Positions 47,085 through 56,540 of a stretch of 64,000 nucleotides of DNA are shown in pieces (within the stretch, counting starts at the first letter, position 1; every line of letters starts with the position of its first letter). The stretch is from Actinomycetota bacterium (GTDB lineage: Bacteria; Actinomycetota; Coriobacteriia; Anaerosomatales; UBA912). The notes beneath the pieces were generated by a model. That model saw nothing but the letters and a program-made list of their open reading frames with translations. It was not told the DNA's origin and did not search any database. The position numbers and the translations under genes were made by a program. Location of the stretch: positions 67,591-131,590 of the forward strand of contig JAGXSC010000044.1 in the NCBI GenBank assembly GCA_018334075.1. The letters run 5' to 3'.

Positions 47085-47995
47085 CGCGGATCGACGCCAA
47101 CTAAAGCACAGGCGAAATCGAGTGGCATAAAGGGCTTCAGATCCTCAATATCCTCGCCAAAGCCTATCCTGAGGACCGGCAACTGTAGCTCTCTGGAGAT
47201 GGCGACAACGATACCTCCCTTGGCAGTTCCATCCAACTTGGTGAGAATGAGCCCGTCAAGAGTGAGCGATGAATGAAACTGTCTAGCTTGCGCCAGGCCA
47301 TTTTGCCCGGTTGTTGCATCTATCACGAGCACTGTTCGAACCGGAACCTGGCTTGTACGCTTGACAACGCGCTGAACCTTTTCAAGCTCTCGCATCAGGT
47401 CGATCGAGGTGTGAAGTCGTCCGGCGGTATCGATCAGGGTCAAATCGGTACCCTTGCTCTTCGATTCCTCGACAGTATCAAAAGCAACCGCGGCAGGATC
47501 TTCGCCCCGGCTTCGGCTGATGACCGGAACACCTGCTCTGCCCGCCCAAACCTCAAGTTGCTCGTTGGCGGCAGCACGAAAGGTATCAGCAGAGCCGAGA
47601 AGAACGCTCCTGCCCTCATCTACCGCTTGTTTTGCAAGTTTGCCGACGGTAGTGGTTTTTCCGCTGCCGTTGACGCCGACCATCAGCACAACAGCATTTC
47701 CTGCAAGCGGATCGTCAGCCATCACCGGAAACTCATCGGCGATCTCTTGTGCGAGGTGATTCAGCACCGATGCGGTATCCGGTAGAGATTGCCTGACAGC
47801 TATTTTTCGCAGTCGGCCAACGATGTCATCGGTAGCGGTAACTCCCATATCCGAGGCGATCAGCGCGTCTTCGAGCTCACTCCAAAACCCCTCATCGACG
47901 ATGGGTTTTCGAACGAGGGCGTTAAAGTGGCCTGTTAGAGCCTCACGGCTCTTTGCAAGCTGATCGGAAAGGCGTCTATACCAGGGTGCGACCAT
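47081..47995 (-). CDS. ftsY: Signal recognition particle receptor FtsY (short form, NG domain only)
   Basis: 304 aa. GVNGSGKTTT, DTAGRLH and TKLDGTAKGG. ATG verified at 47995 (20-nt overlap with the smc 3' end). Confidence 0.95.
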   Translation of the reverse strand: MVAPWYRRLSDQLAKSREALTGHFNALVRKPIVDEGFWSELEDALIASDMGVTATDDIVGRLRKIAVRQSLPDTASVLNHLAQEIADEFPVMADDPLAGNAVVLMVGVNGSGKTTTVGKLAKQAVDEGRSVLLGSADTFRAAANEQLEVWAGRAGVPVISRSRGEDPAAVAFDTVEESKSKGTDLTLIDTAGRLHTSIDLMRELEKVQRVVKRTSQVPVRTVLVIDATTGQNGLAQARQFHSSLTLDGLILTKLDGTAKGGIVVAISRELQLPVLRIGFGEDIEDLKPFMPLDFACALVGVDPR

Positions 47996-50900
47996 CTGTC
48001 TTGCTCCCGATCGTCTCGCGTTGAAGTTTTTGACTCAGAAGCTTTGTGACTCCGTCCGCATGCATGCTCGCGCCATACAAGACATCGGCCATCTCCATTG
48101 TGCGGCGTTGATGTGTAATGACTATAAACTGCGTTTGCTTCCGCATGGATTCGATAAATACAATGAATCGCCGCAGGTTTGTGTCGTCTAGGGCCGCGTC
48201 GACCTCATCTAAAACGTAAAATGGACAAGGCCGCGACCGATATAGCGCAAAAAGCAGTGCGAGTGCTGTTAGTGATTTTTCGCCGCCGGACATCAGCGAC
48301 ATCTTGGTGAGTCTCTTTCCGAGAGGCTGGGCTGTGACCTCGATTCCGGTTGCCTGAAAATCATCGGGATCGGTCAGGGTAAGTGCGCCTGAGCCACCGG
48401 GGAAAAGTTGCGAGAATATGTTCTGGAAGTTTATCGCGACCTCCTCGAAGGTCTCGATAAACCGCATCTTCATCTTTCTGTCGATGGCCGCAATGACCTT
48501 TGATAGAGCCTGACGTGAAGCGATTACGTCCTCGACAGATGCCGATATCCTCGACAGCCTCTCCTCAAGGGCTTTGTGCTCCTGAACCGCTATAGGGTTT
48601 ACCGGCCCCATCGCACCAATCTTTCTTTGGAGCGCTCGGAGTTTTTCCTCGGTTGCTGCACGATTGTCGAGAGGTGGCTGCTCGATCGCAATCTCAAGTG
48701 GAACCTTGAGTTCGCTGACAATCCGGTTGACTGCTGTGCTCACTTGAACTTCAAGCCTGCCTTTGACCACCCGGATATCTCCGATTACTTGTGCGATCTC
48801 CTCGTGCTCCTTTTGGATGGCGCGAACCTCATCTTGGGCAGAGTGAATACTGTCACGCAAACTCTGGGAGTCAGCTTGCTCAAAGCGCGCGCGGTCGAGA
48901 AGCTTTGACGCCCAGTGCTCGGCGCGCTCGAGTAACGCTGAATAGAGATCGTGGACGGGTTGTACACGCTGCCGCAAAAGCTCAAGCGCAACTTCACTCT
49001 GGCGAGCGGCCTCGATGGCTGTTTGCAGATCAGAAAGCTCAGCAGTGATCGAAGCAATCTGGCGCTTGAGGTGAACCTCGCGCTCGGAGACGGTGGCGAT
49101 CTCCACCTGACAGGTCGACAGACGCTGATTGACGGCGCTTTCGTCTCGGAACTTGTTCTCCTGCAGCTGCTTAGAGTCGGCTACCAGTTCATCGGCCTTT
49201 TGAAGCTCGGTGACTGTAGAAGTCATATCGTGCTGGATTTGCTTTAAGTTGGGAGTCAGGGTTTCGGTTCTCGCATTTACCTCCGAAATCCTCGCAGAAC
49301 CCCTGGCTTCATCCGCGCTGAGGCCGGAAAGCTCACTTTCGAGTCTGCCGATCTCATCGCGAAGCGATTCGCGAGAGCCAACGATTGAGGCAAGCTGCTG
49401 TCCCAGCTCAAAAGCATCCTGCTGAGCAAGCCCAAGCGCCTCCTCGGCGCTAGTTACGGACGCCTCCAGCTCGTCAGCCTTGGCTACCTCGGCCTCGATT
49501 AGATCGGTAAGCTCATTCATGCGACGCTGACGCTCCAGGACTCCGGCGCTATCCGAGATCGACCTTCCTACAGTCAGCTTCCCGCTCGGCCAGAGCGTCT
49601 CACCGGATAACGTTGCGATTCGGCCAGAAAGCGGGCCGGTCGACATTGCAGACGCGAGATCATCTGCAACCAAAACATCGCCGAGAAGGGCGTTTAGCGC
49701 CGGCCGGTACTCATCTTTGCACTCAATAAGGTCGACAACCCTGATAAATCCTTCCGGTGCGGCAGGAAGCGTTTGTGCGGCGGTCGCGACAGGTACAAGC
49801 GAGACTTCACCCGCCGTCTGCCCGCTCAGCTCTTTTGCAATCGCGGCGGCAACCTTTGTGTCGGCGACTAGCAACGCGAACAGATCGGCGCCCAAAACGT
49901 GCTCTACTAGCTGCTCGTACTCGGGCGAGACAGATATGTGCTCGACCAATGATCCAACGATGCCAGGAAACTTTCGCTCTTGCGAGAGTATCCATGCGAC
50001 TGCCGGCGCGGCGGAGGCAAACGCTCTCTCGACCTCCTCAAGGCCACGAACCTCTGCGCGCAGTGATGAGACTTTGTCCTGCATATCCCTGAAATCGCGG
50101 CGCTTGCTGTCGAGGACACGAACGCGCTTGTCGACATCCGCATCTGCAAGGGCCCGGTCTCGGGTAAGTTTCGTTACCTGCTGGTCGACCTGTTCAAGCT
50201 TGGATCTGCGAGCGGAAAGCGTCGCCGTCAACTTGGCGCGTTGCTCCTTCACCTGATTGAGATGCTCCGCGATTAGCTCGGCCTCTAGCTGCGCAGATGC
50301 GACGCTCTGCTCGATTCTCGCGCTCTCTTCTTTCAGGGTATCGAGGGTTTTTCGCAGCCGCCGTGCTTGCCCTGAGGCCTGGGCGAAGGACTCATCGGCA
50401 GCAAGGCGATCTTTGCGAGCGGCTTCGGCCTCACGCCTAAGCTCTCCGAGGAGAGCATATTGCGCCTTGAGTGAAGCATCGGTTTCTTGCTGCTTCTCTC
50501 GCAACGAAACTAGCTCGGATTCACGCACGGCGGTTCGCGATTGACTCTGGTGAACTTTCGCGCGCAGCTCCGAGAGCCGCTCGATCAGATTCTTGCCCTT
50601 CTCTTCAAGAAGAAGCAGCCCGGAGCTCAATCGCTCCAGCACCGATTGGAGTCTGCGCCTTTGCTCGGAGAGGTCTCCGACAAACAAGCCCTTCTCCTCA
50701 AGAAGCAGCTGAAACTTCGAAAGCTCCTTTTGCTTTTCTGAGAGGCGGTATTGGGCGATCTCGGCGGATGCCTGGGCTTCGCGGTCTTCCTTATCTCGCT
50801 TGTTCCACTCCTGCTGCAGCGCACGAAGGTCATCAACGGCCAAGGAAACCTCGACTTCCTTGATCTTCTCGGCGAGCACATGGTGATCCTGGGCCCTTGT

Positions 50901-51527
50901 AGCCTGCCTTGCGAGCGGCTTGAGCTGTCGCTCGATCTCGCCCATCAGGTCGCGCGCACGCTGTATGAAGCTATCGATCCCGGCAAGCTTGCGGACCGCT
51001 CGCTCCCTGCGCCTCTTGTGCTTGAGTACGCCGGCTGCCTCCTCTACAAGCGCCCGCCGGTCTTCAGGACGAGAGCTTAGAACCTCCTCCAGTTGACCTT
51101 GACTGATGATGGAGTACGTTGCCCGGCCCAATCCCGTGTCGTGCAGCAGCTCGTGGATGTCCATGAGGCGACATGGCGTGCCGTTTAGCAGGTACTCACT
51201 CTCCCCGCTACGATACATCCTGCGAGTTATCGCAATCTCGGAGAAATCGAGAGGCAAGGTCGAGCAGGTATTATCGAGGACAAGGTCGACTTCGGCTACG
51301 CCCAACGCCTTGCGTGCCGAGGAGCCAGCGAAGATGACATCCTCCATGGCTTGTCCCCGTAGCGCCTTTGCGGACTGCTCGCCGAGAACCCACAAAACGG
51401 CATCTGTTACATTGGACTTCCCGGATCCGTTGGGGCCGATAACTACAGATATGCCAGGCTCGAAGGAGAGTGCCGTTTTGTCGGCAAAGGATTTGAAACC
51501 CTTCAGCGTGAGAGATTTCAGATGCAA
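47976..51527 (-). CDS. smc: Chromosome segregation protein SMC
   Basis: 1183 aa. Walker A GPNGSGKSN, long coiled-coil arms with a central hinge, signature SGGEKSL and Walker B FYVLDEVDAALD. TTG start (verified) with SD GGAAAGGG. Confidence 0.96.
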   Translation of the reverse strand: MHLKSLTLKGFKSFADKTALSFEPGISVVIGPNGSGKSNVTDAVLWVLGEQSAKALRGQAMEDVIFAGSSARKALGVAEVDLVLDNTCSTLPLDFSEIAITRRMYRSGESEYLLNGTPCRLMDIHELLHDTGLGRATYSIISQGQLEEVLSSRPEDRRALVEEAAGVLKHKRRRERAVRKLAGIDSFIQRARDLMGEIERQLKPLARQATRAQDHHVLAEKIKEVEVSLAVDDLRALQQEWNKRDKEDREAQASAEIAQYRLSEKQKELSKFQLLLEEKGLFVGDLSEQRRRLQSVLERLSSGLLLLEEKGKNLIERLSELRAKVHQSQSRTAVRESELVSLREKQQETDASLKAQYALLGELRREAEAARKDRLAADESFAQASGQARRLRKTLDTLKEESARIEQSVASAQLEAELIAEHLNQVKEQRAKLTATLSARRSKLEQVDQQVTKLTRDRALADADVDKRVRVLDSKRRDFRDMQDKVSSLRAEVRGLEEVERAFASAAPAVAWILSQERKFPGIVGSLVEHISVSPEYEQLVEHVLGADLFALLVADTKVAAAIAKELSGQTAGEVSLVPVATAAQTLPAAPEGFIRVVDLIECKDEYRPALNALLGDVLVADDLASAMSTGPLSGRIATLSGETLWPSGKLTVGRSISDSAGVLERQRRMNELTDLIEAEVAKADELEASVTSAEEALGLAQQDAFELGQQLASIVGSRESLRDEIGRLESELSGLSADEARGSARISEVNARTETLTPNLKQIQHDMTSTVTELQKADELVADSKQLQENKFRDESAVNQRLSTCQVEIATVSEREVHLKRQIASITAELSDLQTAIEAARQSEVALELLRQRVQPVHDLYSALLERAEHWASKLLDRARFEQADSQSLRDSIHSAQDEVRAIQKEHEEIAQVIGDIRVVKGRLEVQVSTAVNRIVSELKVPLEIAIEQPPLDNRAATEEKLRALQRKIGAMGPVNPIAVQEHKALEERLSRISASVEDVIASRQALSKVIAAIDRKMKMRFIETFEEVAINFQNIFSQLFPGGSGALTLTDPDDFQATGIEVTAQPLGKRLTKMSLMSGGEKSLTALALLFALYRSRPCPFYVLDEVDAALDDTNLRRFIVFIESMRKQTQFIVITHQRRTMEMADVLYGASMHADGVTKLLSQKLQRETIGSKTDGRTLV

Positions 51528-51640
51528 TGCGGCCCTTTCCTGGTTGCGGTGTAAAAGCTTGATCCTTCCACCGATTGAAAGGTGAAAGCGTCAGAATTCT
51601 ACCACGCTAACGCTCTCGCGGTAGAAAAAGTGAGCCTCCT

Positions 51641-52336
51641 TCATCGGCGAAACTTAAGCAATGCGGTGGCAGCGGCTAGCGCTTGAGCCTCCTTCTTCGA
51701 CCTTCCTGTGCCCTCACCCAAAATCTGTCCATCGATTATCACTTTGGCGGAAAATATTGCCTGGTGCGGCGGTCCCTCGACTTTGGTGATCTCATAGACG
51801 GGTTCCAGCCCGCACGCCTGCGCACGCTCCTGAAGAACCGATTTCGGGTGTCCTGCCATCTCGGATATCTCGGGAGTAATTCTGTGAGCCAGAGTCCTTA
51901 GAACGAATCGTTTCGCCTCATGCAATCCGGCATCGAGATAAACGGCACCAACTACCGCCTCAAAGCAGTTCTCCAGAGCAGACGCCAATCCCCTGTTTGC
52001 GGTGTTCCTCTCGCTGCCGCCCAAAATCAACAGCTCAGCTAAGCCGAGCTCGTCGGCGGCTTCTGTAAGCACCGAGCCTGAAACAACCGCGATCTTCATC
52101 TTGGTCATGTCGCCTTCGGACATCGCGGGGAACTTCCGGTATATTTCGTCAACTACGATCATCGAAATGACCGCATCGCCGAGAAACTCCAATCGCTCGT
52201 AGTCACTGCTAACGAGTCCGTCGGTCACAGCGCTCGGATGAGACAGTGCCTGCAATGCGATCTCCCGGTTGGTGAAGCGATGAGACAGCGCAAGTTCAAG
52301 CGCGGCGATTCGAGCCTCTTTATCCAGGGCAGCCAT
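51641..52336 (-). CDS. rnc: Ribonuclease III
   Basis: RNase III signature ERLEFLGDAV plus a C-terminal dsRBD. Start set at ATG 52336 (10 nt after the fabF stop). The track start 52393 is a TTG inside fabF. Confidence 0.92.
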   Translation of the reverse strand: MAALDKEARIAALELALSHRFTNREIALQALSHPSAVTDGLVSSDYERLEFLGDAVISMIVVDEIYRKFPAMSEGDMTKMKIAVVSGSVLTEAADELGLAELLILGGSERNTANRGLASALENCFEAVVGAVYLDAGLHEAKRFVLRTLAHRITPEISEMAGHPKSVLQERAQACGLEPVYEITKVEGPPHQAIFSAKVIIDGQILGEGTGRSKKEAQALAAATALLKFRR

Positions 52337-52346
52337 CAAGAGCCCA

Positions 52347-53579
52347 TCACGGCCGGGCTTTGGTGAAAAGGAGCGTCGCGTTGTGACCACCAAATCCGAA
52401 GGAGTTGCTCATCGCCGCGTTGACCGTCATCTTCCTGGCTGTATTTGGCACATAGTCAAGATCGCATTGGGGGTCCGGATCAACGAGATTGATCGTGGGT
52501 GGAACGATATCGTGCATCAAGCTCATCACCGATACAACCGCCTCCAGAGCTCCAGCTCCACCGAGCAGGTGGCCTGTCATCGACTTGGTCGAGGAAACGA
52601 CCGGCAGGCTGTCTGCGAAAACCGATTTGATAGCGTTTGTCTCGGCTATATCACCCAGAGGCGTAGATGTTCCATGTGCATTGATGTAGCTCACATCCGA
52701 TGGCATGAAACCGGCTTGCTCGAGCGCTTGTTTCATTGCGCGTTTGGCCCCGCTGCCATCTGGGGCGGGTGCGGTTATATGGTAGGCGTCTGCCGATGCG
52801 CCATAGCCGACCAGCTCGGCAAGGATTCGTGCTTTTCGGGCCTTGGCGAACTCCATCTCCTCAAGAATAAGGATGGCCCCGCCTTCTCCGATGACAAAGC
52901 CGTCGCGGCCGACATCGAATGGCCGAGAAGCCGCCTGGGGATCGTCATTGCGCGCGGAAAGCGCTCTGGCGGACGAGAATCCGGCGAGCCCTAAAGGTGT
53001 GAGGCCGCAGTCGAAACCGCCGGCGACGATCACCTCGGCAGAGCCGCGCTTGATGCACTCCGCCGCCTCTCCAATTGCGTGGTTTCCTGTCGCACATGCC
53101 GAGACAGGAGCGTAGTTTATGCCTCGCAGGTTATGGCGGATGGAAATGTGCCCCGCAGCAAGATCGATGATCATCATAGGCACGAGAAACGGGCTGACAC
53201 GACCAGGCCCACTCTTCAGCAGAACCGCAGTTTGCTCCTCCATCGTCGCCAGTCCACCGATTCCGGCGCCGACAATCACCCCGACGCGCTCGGAGATTTC
53301 ATCTGTGATCGTCAGCCCGGAGTGAGCTATCGCCTCATCTGCGGCGGCAACCGCGAACTGCTGAAACCGGGATAACCTTCTGGCTTCCTTAGGGCTTAGC
53401 CACTCGGTCGGATCAAATCCATCGACCTGACCGCCGAACCTGGTTGAAAAGTCCGTAACATCGAAGTGGGTGATTGGGCCGATCCCGGAGCGTCCGGCGA
53501 TCATCGAATCCCAGGCGCGGTCGACGCCGACTCCAACAGGAGAGACCACGCCAAGTCCAGTAACAACGACTCTTCTCAT
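52347..53579 (-). CDS. fabF: Beta-ketoacyl-ACP synthase II
   Basis: 410 aa. Active-site Cys in PVSACATG, His in NAHGTSTP and MTGHLLGGAG. Confidence 0.94.
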   Translation of the reverse strand: MRRVVVTGLGVVSPVGVGVDRAWDSMIAGRSGIGPITHFDVTDFSTRFGGQVDGFDPTEWLSPKEARRLSRFQQFAVAAADEAIAHSGLTITDEISERVGVIVGAGIGGLATMEEQTAVLLKSGPGRVSPFLVPMMIIDLAAGHISIRHNLRGINYAPVSACATGNHAIGEAAECIKRGSAEVIVAGGFDCGLTPLGLAGFSSARALSARNDDPQAASRPFDVGRDGFVIGEGGAILILEEMEFAKARKARILAELVGYGASADAYHITAPAPDGSGAKRAMKQALEQAGFMPSDVSYINAHGTSTPLGDIAETNAIKSVFADSLPVVSSTKSMTGHLLGGAGALEAVVSVMSLMHDIVPPTINLVDPDPQCDLDYVPNTARKMTVNAAMSNSFGFGGHNATLLFTKARP

Positions 53580-53584
53580 AATCT

Positions 53585-54559
53585 TTAGACTCCTTGAGAA
53601 GCCACCTTGCCAGACGCGGCCTCATATTCGGATACCAGACGATCGATCAGCTCCGATACGGTCGGGACATCACTAACTTGAATCGCGGAGTTTCCGGCAA
53701 AAACCAGACCCTCGATGACATCGCCCTGCTGAGCTCTGATAAGTTTGTCGACTATACAATACTCTCGGCCGCACTTCTTCAGACATCCCCTGCAGTGACC
53801 GATTTCGGGATAGTCGCCTCGCTCCAACCTGATTGAGAAAGGGTTTCGAATCGCGCGTCCAGGGAGGCCCACGGGGCTTTTTACAAGCACAATATCTTCA
53901 GCGGTCGAGTCGACATACATACGCTTGAACTCATCGGATGCAGATGACTCTACGGTAGCGGCGAACATGGAGCCCATCTGGACTCCCGCGGCGCCCAAGT
54001 CAAGAAAGCGCTTGATATCAAAGCCTGTTGCGATACCTCCAGCAGCGATGACTGGAAGTTGAACCGCCGAGACAATTTTCGGGAGCAGAATTTCAAGGGG
54101 ATCTTCGGTGCCTAAGTGGCCTCCGGCCTCAAATCCTTCGGCGATAACCGCGGCTGCGCCAAATTTCTCAGAGAGCTGCGCAACTCTTGCCGAGCCGACA
54201 ATGGGAACTAACGGAACACCCGCCTCGCTGCACCACTGAAATACATCGCGTGAAAACCCGGCGCCGGCGATAACCATGTCGATTCCCTCGGCAAGCGCGA
54301 CAGAAACCAACTCCTTGAACGCCGCAACGGCGACCATTATGTTGACGGCGATTATCCCGTCTCCACCGGAGAGCTCCCTGGCTTTTCTGATCTCGGAGGC
54401 AAGCTCGTGCGGGGTCATCCCCGAGCCTGCTATAACTCCGACTCCGCCTGCCTTGGCCACAGCCGCGGCGAGAGGCGCCATGGATATCCTTACGGCCATC
54501 CCGCCTTGCACTATCGGCAACCTTGCGGTGACGTTTCCAACTGTCAACGATGACATCAT
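53585..54559 (-). CDS. Nitronate monooxygenase (NMO)/FabK-like FMN oxidoreductase with C-terminal Cys cluster
   Basis: 324 aa. PIVQGGMA, GFEAGGH and AAGGIA TIM-barrel motifs. CRGC-x3-C-x4-C at residues 256-268 (nt 53756-53794). Embedded between acpP and fabF. Confidence 0.7.
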   Translation of the reverse strand: MMSSLTVGNVTARLPIVQGGMAVRISMAPLAAAVAKAGGVGVIAGSGMTPHELASEIRKARELSGGDGIIAVNIMVAVAAFKELVSVALAEGIDMVIAGAGFSRDVFQWCSEAGVPLVPIVGSARVAQLSEKFGAAAVIAEGFEAGGHLGTEDPLEILLPKIVSAVQLPVIAAGGIATGFDIKRFLDLGAAGVQMGSMFAATVESSASDEFKRMYVDSTAEDIVLVKSPVGLPGRAIRNPFSIRLERGDYPEIGHCRGCLKKCGREYCIVDKLIRAQQGDVIEGLVFAGNSAIQVSDVPTVSELIDRLVSEYEAASGKVASQGV

Positions 54560-54799
54560 CTAGGCGTTTGCCTCTATATATGAAACCGCGTCGCCGACCG
54601 TCTTGATGCTCTCGGCTTCTTCATCGGGAATCGAAATTCCAAATGATTCCTCAAGAGCCATCACAAGCTCAACGATGTCCAATGAATCAGCGCCTAAGTC
54701 ATCGATGAAGGACGCCTCCTCCGTGACTGTACTTTCATCGACATTGAGCTGCTCGGTGACAACCTCTTTTACCTTCTCAAAAATTTCTTCTGTTTCCAC
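54560..54799 (-). CDS. acpP: Acyl carrier protein
   Basis: 79 aa from GTG 54799 (verified; SD AGGGAG 7 nt upstream). Phosphopantetheine site [12 protein letters not shown]. The 15 upstream codons of the track ORF are unlikely to be translated. Confidence 0.93.
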   Translation of the reverse strand: METEEIFEKVKEVVTEQLNVDESTVTEEASFIDDLGADSLDIVELVMALEESFGISIPDEEAESIKTVGDAVSYIEANA

Positions 54800-54855
54800 G
54801 TAACATCTCCCTTTCCTGGTCTTTACGGCAACAATGAATACCACAACACTCTATG

Positions 54856-55605
54856 TCATGAAAAGGTCATACCTCCATCAACGGCCAGTACCTGGCCGGT
54901 GATGTATCGAGCTTGATCTGAGGCAAGGAAAGCGACTGCATAGGCTACATCCTCGCCTGCGCCAAATGTGTTTAGGGCGATACTGGCAAGCGCTTGATCC
55001 CGAACGCTATCGGGAAGTGTCGCAGTCATGTCGGTGTCGATGAATCCTGGCGCAACGGCATTGGCACGAATGCCACGGCTGGCAAGCTCACGAGCCGTCG
55101 ATTTCGTCAGGCCGATGATTCCCGCTTTGGCTGCCGAGTAGTTGGCCTGACCCGCATTTCCGCTCAGACCTACCACCGAAGTTATGTTTACGATGGAGCC
55201 TGAGCGTTGCTTCATGAGGTGTCGCACTGCAGCCCGGGTTACGTTGAAGGTCCCGGTAAGATTGGTCGCGATAACCTCACTCCAATCACTGTCGCTCATG
55301 CGGGCTATCAAGCCGTCTCGAGTCAAGCCGGCGTTGTTGACCACAATGTGAAGGCCTCCGAGCTCAGAGATCGTAGTGTCTACCAGAAGTTTTGCGGATT
55401 CCGGCACTGTAATATCGGCCATAATCGGTACCGCGCTTCCGCCCATGCTGCGAATATCGGCGGCCACCAGTTCAGCCTTTTCCTTGCTGCCGGCGTAGTT
55501 CACGGCAACTGCCGCCCCACAAGAGGCAAGCACCTTGGCAACAGCGGCTCCGATACCCCTGGAGGCGCCCGTGACTAAAGCAACCCTGCCTGAAAGATCA
55601 ATCAC
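54856..55605 (-). CDS. fabG: 3-oxoacyl-ACP reductase
   Basis: 249-aa SDR with TGASRGIG and the catalytic YSAAK. Confidence 0.92.
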   Translation of the reverse strand: MIDLSGRVALVTGASRGIGAAVAKVLASCGAAVAVNYAGSKEKAELVAADIRSMGGSAVPIMADITVPESAKLLVDTTISELGGLHIVVNNAGLTRDGLIARMSDSDWSEVIATNLTGTFNVTRAAVRHLMKQRSGSIVNITSVVGLSGNAGQANYSAAKAGIIGLTKSTARELASRGIRANAVAPGFIDTDMTATLPDSVRDQALASIALNTFGAGEDVAYAVAFLASDQARYITGQVLAVDGGMTFS

Positions 55606-56540
55606 TGCGAGATCACCTCCTCAAGAATATATTCGAGTCCGACGGACTCCACACTCACTCGTGTAACCCCAGGTATGTCCCTGGCGAGTCCGTTCAGTAC
55701 CGTACCAGGCCCCGCTTCAACCATCACAACGGGAGCATAGCTGGATATGATATTCATCGTTTCGACCCATTGCACAGGTGAGGTCATCTGCTTGATCAGG
55801 CGGGACCGAATGTCCTCTGCGTTGGACCCCACTTCAGGATCTACGTTTTGGATTACGGGGATAGAGGCGTCCTTGAACTCGGTCCGGATGAGCATCTCCT
55901 CGAACGCATCGGATGCCGACTGCATCATCGGCGTATGAAACGCCCCGGAAACTTTGAGTGGAATCACTCGGCAGTTAGCTTCCTTGAGTAAAATCTCCGA
56001 TGCCCGATGTATGCCCTGCGCGCTACCCGAGATGACAACCTGCTTGGCGGAGTTGTCATTTGCGATCCACACATCTTCAATTCCATCCAGATATGGAGTA
56101 AGCGTTTTTTTGTCGATACCGAGAACAGCGTTCATGGCTCCAGGGTTAGCAGCGGCGGCCTCGGCCATCAACTGTGAGCGGGCCACCACCAGCTCGAGCC
56201 CGGCTTCCACCGAAAAGACTCCGGCAATCGATAGTGCCACGAACTCACCAAGGCTGTGGCCGGCAACGGCTACGGGCTCCAATCCCGAGTCGAGCACTGC
56301 GATACCCCATGCCCAGGCGGAAAGATATATCAGCGGCTGGGAGATACGCGTGTCTGTGAGAATGACAGGGTCGATATCGCCCGATGTACCTAAAGCTTGC
56401 AGATCAGCGCCGGATAGAGCCTCGGCAGCATCAATCAGGCGGTCAAGAGTGTCATTTTCCGGGACAAGATCAAGCATCCCAGGATACTGCGACCCCTGGC
56501 CGGGAAAGACCATGACGGATGAGGTTGCACTCGTTAGCAC
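55602..56540 (-). CDS. fabD: ACP S-malonyltransferase
   Basis: 312 aa with FPGQGSQ and GHSLGE. Confidence 0.93.
   Translation of the reverse strand: MLTSATSSVMVFPGQGSQYPGMLDLVPENDTLDRLIDAAEALSGADLQALGTSGDIDPVILTDTRISQPLIYLSAWAWGIAVLDSGLEPVAVAGHSLGEFVALSIAGVFSVEAGLELVVARSQLMAEAAAANPGAMNAVLGIDKKTLTPYLDGIEDVWIANDNSAKQVVISGSAQGIHRASEILLKEANCRVIPLKVSGAFHTPMMQSASDAFEEMLIRTEFKDASIPVIQNVDPEVGSNAEDIRSRLIKQMTSPVQWVETMNIISSYAPVVMVEAGPGTVLNGLARDIPGVTRVSVESVGLEYILEEVISQ

Noticed and set aside
47976-51527. Large SMC-family ATPase as a possible defence component (Wadjet/Lamassu-like)
   Set aside because: It is a full-length canonical SMC of 1183 aa with a hinge and both head halves. It lies in the universally conserved rnc-smc-ftsY context, with no JetABCD/LmuB-type partners nearby.
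51599-51624. 8-bp hairpin (CTACCGCG...CGTGGTAG) after rnc, overlapping an extended -10-like TGGTAGAAT upstream of smc
   Set aside because: No U-tract follows it, so it is not a convincing intrinsic terminator. The -10-like element has no -35, and the support is too weak to call either feature. It may merit a check with RNA-seq.
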